From Vampirovibrionales bacterium (GTDB lineage: Bacteria > Cyanobacteriota > Vampirovibrionia > Vampirovibrionales > Vampirovibrionaceae): DNA of 64,000 bases. The stretch's first letter is position 1. Every line of letters starts with the position of its first letter. A program made the translations under genes and the position numbers. Of the stretch, positions 37,136 through 47,100 are shown in pieces. Under the pieces are notes generated by a model. That model had not been told where the DNA came from. It searched no databases and was given only the letters and a program-made list of their open reading frames with translations. The stretch is taken from NCBI GenBank assembly GCA_039794365.1, contig JBDIVN010000009.1, positions 4,102-68,101 of the forward strand. The letters run 5' to 3'.

Positions 37136-38289
37136 AGCGCCTGTTCATTATCACCGGCGACCCTTCCGGCGATGTTCACGCCGCCGGGGTGGTTCGGCAC
37201 CTGCGTGAGAAAGACGCCCGCATCGAGGTTGCCGCCGTGGGTGGTCATGCCCTCGAACGTGAAGGTGTCCGGCTCCTGAGCGATCAGTCTGAGATGGGGC
37301 AGGTGGGCGCAGGGGCCGTCTTCGGCGCACCCTACCACTTTTTTCTGGGACAGAAGATTCTCAGATTCCTTGAGGAGTTCAGGCCGGACGGTGTGCTGCT
37401 CATCGATTACGGTGTCTTTAATCTCTGGATGGCGGGACGGCTCAAGAAGCGGGGTTACAGGACGTTCTATTTCATTCCGCCCCAGGTCTGGGCGTCGCGT
37501 CGCGGGCGCATCAAAAAAATCCGCAGACATATCGATCACGTCTTCTGTATTTTTCCTTTCGAGGAACCCCTGTACCGCGAGCATGGCGTGCCGGTAACCT
37601 ACGTGGGTCATCCGTTGGCCGGTGCGTTGCCGGAGCCGGCGGACCGCCAGGCGTTTTGCACGGCGCATGGACTGGACCCGTCCCGCCGGATCATCGGCCT
37701 GCTTCCGGGGTCCCGCAAGATGGAGATCCGTTATCTGCTGAAGCCGATTCTGGAGGCCGCTTCTCTGATCAGCCGCAGGCTCGGCGATCATCCCCAGTTT
37801 GTACTGGCCCAGGCGGATGCGCTGGATGACGGTTTTTTCAATGCCGCCCTGTCCGGTGTGCTGGGTTCAATGAATGGCACGCGTCCAGCGGTGACCGTTG
37901 TGAAGCACCGGAACCATGCCGTCCAGTCCGTCGCCGACGCGGCCATCGTGGCGTCGGGTACGGCAACGCTGGAAACAGCGCTCTACGGGACGCCGATGGT
38001 CCTCACCTACCGGGGACACTGGTTCGTGGCCATGATTGCCCGACGGCTGGCTTACGTGTCCTGTCTGGGCCTGCCCAACATCCTGACGGACATGGAGCAT
38101 CCCATCGTGCCGGAAATGTTGCAGGAAGACGCCACGCCGGAAAAAATCTCGGATGCCCTCATGCCGTTTTTCGATCCGGATTCCTCCCAATACCGCCGGG
38201 CCATGGCCGGGTTCGAGCAGATTCGCAAGACCCTGGGCAGCAAAAACGCCACCGAGGCGGTGGCGTCAAAGCTGGTTGAAATTCTGTAA
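37132..38289 (+). CDS. lpxB: lipid-A-disaccharide synthase
   Basis: ITGDPSGDVHAA at the N-terminus, ASGTATLE and overall LpxB length. The start overlaps lpxI by 4 nt. Confidence 0.85.
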   Translation: MKRLFIITGDPSGDVHAAGVVRHLREKDARIEVAAVGGHALEREGVRLLSDQSEMGQVGAGAVFGAPYHFFLGQKILRFLEEFRPDGVLLIDYGVFNLWMAGRLKKRGYRTFYFIPPQVWASRRGRIKKIRRHIDHVFCIFPFEEPLYREHGVPVTYVGHPLAGALPEPADRQAFCTAHGLDPSRRIIGLLPGSRKMEIRYLLKPILEAASLISRRLGDHPQFVLAQADALDDGFFNAALSGVLGSMNGTRPAVTVVKHRNHAVQSVADAAIVASGTATLETALYGTPMVLTYRGHWFVAMIARRLAYVSCLGLPNILTDMEHPIVPEMLQEDATPEKISDALMPFFDPDSSQYRRAMAGFEQIRKTLGSKNATEAVASKLVEIL

Positions 38290-38299
38290 AGTCTTGGGC

Positions 38300-39028
38300 T
38301 TAACGGGGCGGTTGCTGGCCTAATGCCTGCATCAGACCCATCAGCATCTGGAACATCTGGCCGAGCATGGCAAGCGGATTGCCACCTGCGCCGGGGATGC
38401 CACCGCCGGCACCCAGGCCGGAAAGGCCAATGCCGGGCAGTCCGCCGATCCCGGCCAGCGCCGGGTTCATGCCGGGGTTCAATGCTCCGGGGATACCCAA
38501 GCCCGGCGGGGCATTGTTGGAGCCGAAAACGTTAACGCCCAATCCTGCAAGCTGACCGACGGAACCGACACCGCCAGCGCCTCCGGCGCCGAATCCGGGA
38601 CCGAGGCCGGCGCCACCGCCACCCAGGCCGGGAATGCCACCGCCACCGCCGAAGCCGTTCAGCACACCCAGGGCGCCAAGACCGCCGCCAGCCGTTATGG
38701 CCTGACCTGTCAGCTGCTCCTGCAGTATCCCAAGGGTGGCCTGCTGACCCAACTGCTGGGCCACGGGCGACATGGACGCGCCCAACTGGAACAGCGAGCC
38801 GTACTGGGCATCAAACTGCGAAAGCTGGGCGTTGAAAATCTGTTTGTCCTGAACACCGGTGGTACGCGTTCCAGTGATCAGCGGGTTGCTGGTGATGTTG
38901 CCAAGCGGATCGTTGGCGCCCGGAAATGCAAGCCTTAACAGCCGTTGCCCACGCCCTGAAGGGTCCTGGGCCAACTGTAACAGGAACAAGTCTGTCTGCG
39001 TAATGCCTTGTGGTAATCCTGCGACCAT
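38300..39028 (-). CDS. hypothetical glycine-rich low-complexity protein
   Basis: ~120 residues of GxG/GLG repeats flanked by Q-rich segments. Coding status is plausible but unproven. Confidence 0.35.
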   Translation of the reverse strand: MVAGLPQGITQTDLFLLQLAQDPSGRGQRLLRLAFPGANDPLGNITSNPLITGTRTTGVQDKQIFNAQLSQFDAQYGSLFQLGASMSPVAQQLGQQATLGILQEQLTGQAITAGGGLGALGVLNGFGGGGGIPGLGGGGAGLGPGFGAGGAGGVGSVGQLAGLGVNVFGSNNAPPGLGIPGALNPGMNPALAGIGGLPGIGLSGLGAGGGIPGAGGNPLAMLGQMFQMLMGLMQALGQQPPR

Positions 39029-39401
39029 TGCGTACTCTCTCTATCTCTCCGTTGCTTACATCTTAACCATGCATAGGAAACACAAATGATTTCCTAAACA
39101 AATAAAAACAAATATATAGGGCGGATTGCCTTAATATGAAGAAAGATTAAAAAAAGCTTAAAATTCAGAAGGTTCTTGGCCTGGGTTGGCCGTGAAACCA
39201 CAGGATCCTGCCCAGGGGCCGTTCTAACCAAAGGTCATCCGCCTCCGTAAGGCTCCTGCGTCGCCAACGGAACGGACCTCCCCTGGACCCCTCCCTGAGT
39301 ATTTTTCTGCCCTCACTCGGGGCTGTTGCCCCTCGTTCGGGCGATCTTTTAATTCTTCTGAACTCTCCACGCCATAGACACGGAATAAAGCTTTCAAAAG
39401 A

Positions 39402-40178
39402 TTACTTCTCTAAAGGCTGGCCGCCGTAGGCGAGGGTGCTTTCGTTGGTGAGGGTGTTGCGGATGTCGAAGAGTTCGGGGAAGAAGCGCTCGATGACGCC
39501 GCGCTGAAGCACCTTGCTGGGGATGCCCTTGAGGGAATTGGATTCCAGGCCGATGGTGCGGCGGACGAGATCCATGTGATGGGTGCGCCACTTGTGGAAC
39601 TGATCGTCGAAGTCCACGAGATACTCGCACAGGTTGTGCAGCTCGATGTGATCTTCGTAGTTGCGGTAGATGTCTTTCAAGGGGATTCCGCAACGATCCA
39701 TGACCCGCAGAAACGCCTCGCGCAGTTTGGGGGCGATATCCAGCAGGCGGTTGAAACCGGGGGATTCCATGCCGCTGCCCCGGCCAAGTCCCTCGCGGAT
39801 GTGCTCGTATTCCACGATGCTGAGATTGCGGCCCAGCATGTCCACCTGCATGGTCAGGATAATCTGGATATCCGAAACCAGGCGCAGGCAGCGCACGGCC
39901 ATGGCGTATTTGCCGGCGTCCATATACTTGATGGCCCGCTCCAGATCATAAAGCATCTGCTTCATCCAGAGTTCCGAGGTCTGGTGAACGATCTGGAAGA
40001 GCAACTCCTCCTGGCTGGTGAAGTTTTCCGGTGTTTTCTGCAACGACAGCAGTTCGGGGACGCGCAGGTACTTTTCGTAGTCGGTCTTTCCTTCGCCGAT
40101 GGGGAAATCGATAGGATAGTAGGTGTGCTTTTTTCCGCCTGGAATTTCCTTATAGTTCTCGGTGTCATGCTCGTTCAT
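39402..40178 (-). CDS. kynA: tryptophan 2,3-dioxygenase
   Basis: YEKYLRVPELLSLQ...EELLFQIVHQTSELWMKQMLYDL matches the TDO haem-pocket region. The start is at MNEHDTENYKE. Confidence 0.85.
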   Translation of the reverse strand: MNEHDTENYKEIPGGKKHTYYPIDFPIGEGKTDYEKYLRVPELLSLQKTPENFTSQEELLFQIVHQTSELWMKQMLYDLERAIKYMDAGKYAMAVRCLRLVSDIQIILTMQVDMLGRNLSIVEYEHIREGLGRGSGMESPGFNRLLDIAPKLREAFLRVMDRCGIPLKDIYRNYEDHIELHNLCEYLVDFDDQFHKWRTHHMDLVRRTIGLESNSLKGIPSKVLQRGVIERFFPELFDIRNTLTNESTLAYGGQPLEK

Positions 40179-40462
40179 AAACGCGCTCCATACCCCTGTT
40201 GCAACTTGTCTGGCCGTATTATGCGCCAAAGACGCCCGGAAAAGAAGGGGGACAAATAAACAATGTTAACAAGTGTAACCCGCCAAAACCCGGATGACTG
40301 TAGCCTGGAACCGCGTGATGCCCCGGAGTCCGAGGCGGAGATCGTTGCTTTTGCGTGTTTGTTATATACATGAAAACAAACGTGTAGGGTAATCGTTCAA
40401 TTTTCAACTTTCAGGAACCACTCATTTCAGGAAGGCAACAGTTGAGATAAAAGGGGAGACTC

Positions 40463-43384
40463 ATGGGGTCCATTCCCGGTGGGATTGCAGTTCGTCCGCA
40501 CAATCCTTTTGCCGTGGCCGAACGGCGGGTCATTCCGCATTTTGCGGGTCAGCCGCTTCAGAAGGATACCGTCGAGATTGGGGACAAAACACGGACGGCG
40601 GAGGAGATTGAAGCATCGCGGCGCCAGTTTCTGGAAGAAGCGCGACTGACCGAGGAGCTGCTGAAAATAGAACCCGATGCCCTCGGTGAGCGGGTTTACC
40701 CCGACTTGCGGGTGAAACACTGGTGGTTCTGGAAAAACCAGATGGACCACATCATCGGGGGGCTGATGAAACCTTTCGCAAAACTCGGCTCCGGCGAATC
40801 GGCCAATAGCGTCCAGCGCATTGTCAAATGGGCCAAGAGCCATGTGGACCCGGCCTACGTGGAGCAGGCCATCGCCGAAAGCCCCTTCTTCGCCCAGATG
40901 AACCAGGCTTTCAAAACCTTCGGCGAGAATCCCACCGTGACCCAGGAGATGGTTTGCACGAAGGTGGAAGCCATCCAGGCCGGAAAGGAGCAGGCCGAAC
41001 CCGGCGATTTGGAAGCCCTCAGGATGCTGGAGGCCGTCTTTCCGGCCATGGCGCAACTGGCGGACAATCCTGGCGAACTGACGCGCAAGGATTTCGATAC
41101 CTTCCGGCAGCAGATCCAGCGGCGGATTCCCTTCCTCTTTGACCGGTTTGCGCAGGATGCCGAACTGTACGTTCAGGACAGCCTCTACCGGGTTGGCGCC
41201 GCGGATACCCCGGCGGAACCCGAAAGGGGCGTCCTCGGCAAGCTGAGCGATCACCTGAACGAATATGAATCCTGGCGCAAGATGAGCCGCTGGGCACAGA
41301 AAAACCAGGTCAGCGACCTGCAGTTCCTGCCGCCCTTCTCCTTCATCGGCGCCACCTATGGCCAGCTGGTGCTGGCGACGGCGCCCGAAACCTCGAAAAT
41401 CCACAAGGACTTCGAATGGGGCAACGTCTTCAAGCAGATGGTGGAGTTGGACGGCTTCTATGAGGGCATCGGCTACTTCATCGCCAAGCTCCAGCTGCTG
41501 CTTGTGCGCTGGAAGGAGGAGAAGCCGGACAAGCAGCGTGCCCGGTGGGAAAAACGGGTTCTGGAACTGGGCGCGGATCATGCGAAGCTCAAGGAACAGT
41601 TGGAGCCGTTCCATGTGCGGTTCCGGGAGCTGACCGAACAGTTGGACAAGGTGAAGGATGATCCGTCGAAAGCCGCCGAGAAGCGCGAAGTCGAACGGAA
41701 ACTGCATGCGCTGGAGGAGGACATGCGTCCTCTGGGCGCTCAGGTCAAGAAAGTGGTCGATGAGGTGAACGGCTACAAGCTGGAATTGGCGAAAATGGCC
41801 GGACTCAAGCCGATGGGTTTCTTTGAGCGTCTACGCAAGAAGCCGCCGAAGGTCCTCAACGACACGCTCCTGATGACGGGGATCAGTCTGCCCCTGACCC
41901 TGAGCTATGAGTACTTCTTTTTCAACAACCAGGCCGGGTCCGATATGTCGCTGGGATTTTTCTCGATGGAGATGATGCAGCTTCTTGCGCTGTTCACCAC
42001 CCTCGGCGTGTTCAGCAACATCCTCTACAAAGGGGTGATCCATACGACCCAGGATCGCAAGCGGTTGTACCAGCTTGGGGAGAAAGACCAGCTGATGGCC
42101 GAGAAGACGCGGGAGATCCTCTTTAACCTGAAGGGCGCGATGGAGGAGTTGAAAGCCGCGGAAGATCCGGAGGCCCGGCGCCTGGGAGACATGCTGGAGA
42201 AGTTCTACGAGCGGGTGGCCCTGCCGCTTATCGGTACCGAGGCGGATCAGGCCGTCACCCAGAAGAAGCTGACCCGCGAGGAAAAGCTGGCCTTTTCCAT
42301 GGCGGAGACGAAGCATTTCGACGAATGGGTGAAAAAGGCCGAAGCCAGTTATTCCGAAGCCTCCGGTTGGGATGAAAGCAGCGCCCGCCGAAAGTTTCGC
42401 CGGGTCATGAAATCCATGCGAAAAACCATGGACCGTGTTTCCTATGCTTCCATCGGTCAGGCCAAGTTCGAACTGGACCTGGTGAACGCCCAGTACACGC
42501 GATCCGCAGAGATCTTCGAGAAGCATGTGCCGGAGGAACTGCGCAAGGCATTCCGGGAAACCCATACGAAAGCCGTGGACTTCCTGAATCAGCTGGTTCA
42601 GAAGTATCCGTACGGCGAACTGCGGGCCGAGCCGTTGATGATGGAGTCAAACAAGCACTACGGCGAAATGAAGGGCCTTTTCGAGTCGGCGCTGGCGGAG
42701 GTGGAACGGTTGTCCGGAGAAATGGAAACCGAAGGCTTCCAGCAGATGCCGAAGGCGTTGCGCACCCGTTACAGCAAGGTTCTCAAGCAGCTGAACAAGG
42801 GTTTCAAGCGGGATCTCTTCTTTCTGGAGGCCAAGGATAAGCCGGCGGCCCTGAAGGAGTTGGAGGAACTGGCCGCCCAGGAACGATACCCCATTCCGCT
42901 GGAACTGGAGATGCGCCTGCGGCGGGCCGAGATGAACGGCGATACCCTGGGCTGGCTGGCGGCACGCATGGAGGTGGCCGGCCATGACGCCACCAATACG
43001 GTCAAGAATATGCCGCTCATCCTGAAGCAATGGGGCAAACGCATTACAAACCAGGACAAGTACAACCCGTGGTTCACGGGCCTGTATTTCATCCCGATGC
43101 TGAGCCTGACCAACGTGATGGGTCGCCTGGGGATGTTCTCCATTCTCGATCCGGCCTTCCTGCAGCAGCCTACTGGCGTGCTGGCCCGGTTCTTTGGCAA
43201 TGTCTGGCTGAAGCAGCACATGCTGATTCGCACCATCGGCTTCTTCCAGGAAAAAGTGCTGGTTCTGCGGCACCTTCAGCATGACCAGAAGCTGGCCATC
43301 CAGCGCCAGATGGAAAAAGGTGGCCCGAAACTCTACCTGGAGAACCAGATCCGCGAAGCCAAAATGCGCAAGAAGATGGCGTGA
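40463..43384 (+). CDS. large (973 aa) membrane-associated coiled-coil protein of unknown function
   Basis: Long ORF with good codon usage. It has two internal TM hairpin regions (~aa 460-520 and ~900-940) and coiled-coil stretches. Confidence 0.55.
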   Translation: MGSIPGGIAVRPHNPFAVAERRVIPHFAGQPLQKDTVEIGDKTRTAEEIEASRRQFLEEARLTEELLKIEPDALGERVYPDLRVKHWWFWKNQMDHIIGGLMKPFAKLGSGESANSVQRIVKWAKSHVDPAYVEQAIAESPFFAQMNQAFKTFGENPTVTQEMVCTKVEAIQAGKEQAEPGDLEALRMLEAVFPAMAQLADNPGELTRKDFDTFRQQIQRRIPFLFDRFAQDAELYVQDSLYRVGAADTPAEPERGVLGKLSDHLNEYESWRKMSRWAQKNQVSDLQFLPPFSFIGATYGQLVLATAPETSKIHKDFEWGNVFKQMVELDGFYEGIGYFIAKLQLLLVRWKEEKPDKQRARWEKRVLELGADHAKLKEQLEPFHVRFRELTEQLDKVKDDPSKAAEKREVERKLHALEEDMRPLGAQVKKVVDEVNGYKLELAKMAGLKPMGFFERLRKKPPKVLNDTLLMTGISLPLTLSYEYFFFNNQAGSDMSLGFFSMEMMQLLALFTTLGVFSNILYKGVIHTTQDRKRLYQLGEKDQLMAEKTREILFNLKGAMEELKAAEDPEARRLGDMLEKFYERVALPLIGTEADQAVTQKKLTREEKLAFSMAETKHFDEWVKKAEASYSEASGWDESSARRKFRRVMKSMRKTMDRVSYASIGQAKFELDLVNAQYTRSAEIFEKHVPEELRKAFRETHTKAVDFLNQLVQKYPYGELRAEPLMMESNKHYGEMKGLFESALAEVERLSGEMETEGFQQMPKALRTRYSKVLKQLNKGFKRDLFFLEAKDKPAALKELEELAAQERYPIPLELEMRLRRAEMNGDTLGWLAARMEVAGHDATNTVKNMPLILKQWGKRITNQDKYNPWFTGLYFIPMLSLTNVMGRLGMFSILDPAFLQQPTGVLARFFGNVWLKQHMLIRTIGFFQEKVLVLRHLQHDQKLAIQRQMEKGGPKLYLENQIREAKMRKKMA

Positions 43385-43390
43385 CACCCT

Positions 43391-43420
43391 CACCCTAACC
43401 CTCTCCCGAAGGGAGAGGGG
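43391..43420 (+). terminator. rho-independent terminator (CCCTCTCCC-GAAG-GGAGAGGG + T-run)
   Basis: Perfect 9-bp stem followed by TTTCCTGTTTTTGT, immediately after the 973-aa ORF. A second similar hairpin at ~43455-43483 serves the convergent STAS gene. Confidence 0.7.
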
Positions 43421-43504
43421 ACTGTTTCCTGTTTTTGTGCTTCATACTAATTACCCCCTCTCCCTCTGGGAGAGGGCTGGGGTGAGGAAGGCGGGAAGGG
43501 AAGC

Positions 43505-43825
43505 CTACTGCAACGCCTGGATGGCTTCCTGCTCGTTCGGGTAGATTTTCAGGACGCGATTGAGTTTGGTGAGTTCAAGAAGCTGCTGGACGTAGGGCTG
43601 AATCCCGTAGAAAACCAATTTCCCCCCGTTGGAATCGCAGAATTTGTAGGCGGAAACCAGCGCACCGAGGCCACTGGATTCGATGAAGTTGATATTTGTC
43701 ATATTGATGGCGATTTTGCGACTGTCTTTGAAACTGTTCTGAAGTTCACCCTGCAGCTTGTCGCTCTCAAACATACTGGGAAGGTCGAGAATCACAGCGT
43801 CGCTCACGTTTCTCGCGGTGATCAT
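43505..43825 (-). CDS. STAS-domain anti-sigma factor antagonist (SpoIIAA-like)
   Basis: INFIESSGLGALV (conserved phosphorylatable Ser) and ~106-aa length. Confidence 0.75.
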   Translation of the reverse strand: MITARNVSDAVILDLPSMFESDKLQGELQNSFKDSRKIAINMTNINFIESSGLGALVSAYKFCDSNGGKLVFYGIQPYVQQLLELTKLNRVLKIYPNEQEAIQALQ

Positions 43826-44115
43826 TTTACTGAAACCTCTGTGTAACGCTTGGGATGAAAAAATTATAACCTGATCCGGTAAGAATCCTCAAATGAACGG
43901 ATGGGTGAATTTTTGTAACCGCCTTGTCCTTCGTTCTCCCGGAATATCATGGGATGGGATATACTGAAACCATCCTGCGGCAATTGGCCAATTGTCGTGA
44001 AAGCCCTGAAAACCCTACGGGTTGGAGGGAACCGATCCGGAAGACCGCCTCGGAAAGGAACGTCTTCGGGGCGGGAAAACCGGATATCCCTTTTTGAACG
44101 TACGTATCAAGGATA

Positions 44116-47100
44116 ATGAGAGAGTCACCGGACATGCCTTTAGGGGAAGGAGGCCCATCGGGCGCCGAATCAAGCACGGAAAGGCTGGTGCCTTGCCCCG
44201 CTTGTGGCTTCCATAACCTGCGGGAGCAGAACTTCTGCGGCAACTGCGGCAAGCAGCTGCCCGCAGCCGCTGCGCCCGTGGGGCCGGATCTCCCCTCCAT
44301 GCAGGAGTCCGCGGCGCAGGAACCGGCCAGTGCGGAGTCGGCAGGTCCGCTGACGCACCCTGAGCCATCGGGGCCTGCCGAGCCGGAGGGCGAATTCGAG
44401 TCCCTGAGTACCCTCGACGAGTTCGCGCTCATCTCCGTGGAGCTGATGAACTACGTCCAGTTGGCCTCTGCCGTGGACGATCCGGCCATGGCGCGGGCCT
44501 TTCTGGATGACTGCATCAGCGGCATCGAGGAGCGGGTCACCGTGGCCAACGGCGTGGTAGAGTCCGTCCGCAACAACATCCTTTTTCTCTCCTTTCCGCG
44601 GGAGAAATCCCTGCGCAACTCCGTGGATGAGGCCATCCGCCTGTCCCTGGAACTGCTTGAGAAGCCGGTCCACTTCAACGGCATGCCGGTGAAAATCCGT
44701 ATCGGCATTGACATTGAGAACGCCCACGAGCGCAAGCCGATGACCTCGGCCACCGAGCGCTCCGTGGCAACCCCCGGATCGGCGGTGGTCAGCGAACGCA
44801 TCTACCAGTTTATCGAGAAGCGCTACAACGTGGAGCCGATTGGCCCCCTTCGGGTGGGCGAGCGGATGGTGACCTATTACCGGCTCCTCAAGCCTAAAAA
44901 GGCCGTGGTGCCCCAGCTCGACATCCTCTCGGACGATCATGAGGCGGTTGCAGGCGGCCCACTGCCGGAAGAATCTTCGCTGGGAACCCCGGTTGAGGTT
45001 ATGCCGGACTATTTTGGCCCTGAAGCGCCTCCTGAAGCATCTGACGAAGAATGGGACGCGGCGTCCCAGGAGGGTTCGGACGAAACGCAATGGGGCGGCA
45101 CGGCTGCCCCCGCTCCGCCGATTTCCCCGGTAGTTCCCGGTGTGGACCCGGAACTGATGCAGTCTATCGGCATCGATCCGGCCCTGCTGGTGGATGTTCC
45201 GGATTTGTCCCGCGTCAACGTGGCGGGCGGCATGATGCCGCAGGTGCCGGGAGCACCCCGGATGCCGGTGCCGGAGATTCCGGAGGCAGGGCAGCCGGAG
45301 ACGCCTCGTCGGGACGACACCCTGCGCACCCCATCCGGGTATTGTCCGCCCCTTTACAAAACCGTCCGCACCCCCCGCAGCCCGAACACGACCTATGAAA
45401 AGGCCGTGCATGCGCTGGCTGCGGAATTGAAGGGATTCATCGGGGATGAGGGTGCCGGAGGCTGTATTGTCAGCCTTTGCGCCACTGACGGGATGGGCAA
45501 GTCCTACATCACCAACAACCTGCTGCTGAAGGAACTGATTCCTGATCCCAGGAATCCCGGTGTCATCTGGTTTGCCGGACATAACTATCATTGCTACGGG
45601 TCGAAACAGCTGCCCCTGTTCCTGTTCTACGAGATGTTCCACAACTCCCTGCCGATTATGCTGGAGGGCGCGGACGCCAAGGAGATCCGGAACTGGGTCA
45701 GCCAGACCATGAACCAGGTGTACGAAGGGTCGGCCTCCGAGGCGCTGATCGACTTCTTCTGCGATTTCCTTTCGGTGAACCCGTTAGAGCCGGTTTCGGT
45801 TCAGACACTGGACCGGATGGGCAACGTCGAAGAGTATTTCGTCGATTTTATCGGCAGGATGGCCCGGCGGATGCCTATGCTGATGGTCATCGAGGACCTC
45901 GATCAGGCTGACGTGGCGACGCTGGACCTGCTGGTGCGACTGATCGAGAAGGGTCTTCTGAAACACCGGATCTGCCTGATGCTGACCTATGCCCGCGATT
46001 TCCACCCGGAGGGCAGGCTGGCCCAGATCCTTTCGATGAACCCCCACAAGGAGTTTGTCCTGGCGGATTTGACCCGCGAGGAGATTGAGCGGTTCCTCAG
46101 TTCCGGCCCGTTCGCCGGAACCCTGGACACCCTTTCCGCCGCCCATATCGAGAACCTGCTGACGTATTCCAAGGGCCGCACGATATACCTGATGGAGGCG
46201 GTGGCCTACCTGCAGGTCAAGGGCGTGTTCCTGGTGGACCAGGAAACCGGGCGGCTGTACCCCAATCCCGAAGTCGACCAGGGGGCGCTGATGCTTCCGG
46301 CGTCGCTACAGGAGATGATCGCCTACCGGCTGGACCTCCTCACTGACGACCAACGCTACGTGTTGCAGGTAGCCAGCGTTCTGGGCGAGCGCTTTACTCT
46401 GCGGGTGCTGGTGGACCTGTGCCAGTACGAAACGGACACGATCAAGGAGATTCTCGAATACCTCACCGTCCAGCAGTTCATCGTGAGCGATTTTGCCCTG
46501 ACAGGGCAGTTCCGCCACCGCGTCATCTGGGATCTTGTCTATCACCGGATGGACCCGGCAGTGCGCGAGGACCTCCACAAGCTGGCCAGCGAGTACCTGG
46601 AGGACCTTTCCCGCAAGCAAATCACCGTTAATCCCGGACTCATTGCCTACCACGCCGAACTGGGCGGCATGCCCAACCGGGCCTTCCAGTACTGGAACAT
46701 GGCCGGGGTCTGGGCGGCTCAGCTGGGGGCGCCGGTGGGGATGAACATGGCCCTTTCCCATGCCCTGGGCCTGATTGAGGGCCGCGATGACGACGAGGCC
46801 GCCGAGCTTCGGGCACGCCTGCGGGAGAATCTGGGCGTCCTCAACATCGATGACGACCCCGAATTTTCTGTGACCCTGCTGGAGGAGGCGGTGGCCTTCT
46901 ACCGCGAACGGCAGAATTCCGCCCGGATGATCGAGGGGTTGGGTTATCTCGCCTCCGGCTACGAGGAACTGGGCAGTCTCCAGAAAGCGCTGGAGAACCT
47001 GGATCAGAGTCTGCAACTGATCTCCCGTACCCAGTATCCCCAGGAATACGCCCTGATGCAGGTGAACAAGCTGGAGTATCTTTATAAGCTGGGCCGTTAC

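Noticed and set aside
44170-45642. 490-aa minus-strand ORF; also 46306-48225 639-aa ORF
   Set aside because: Both are antisense to the STAND NTPase gene. The second would also run through the tRNA-Leu gene.
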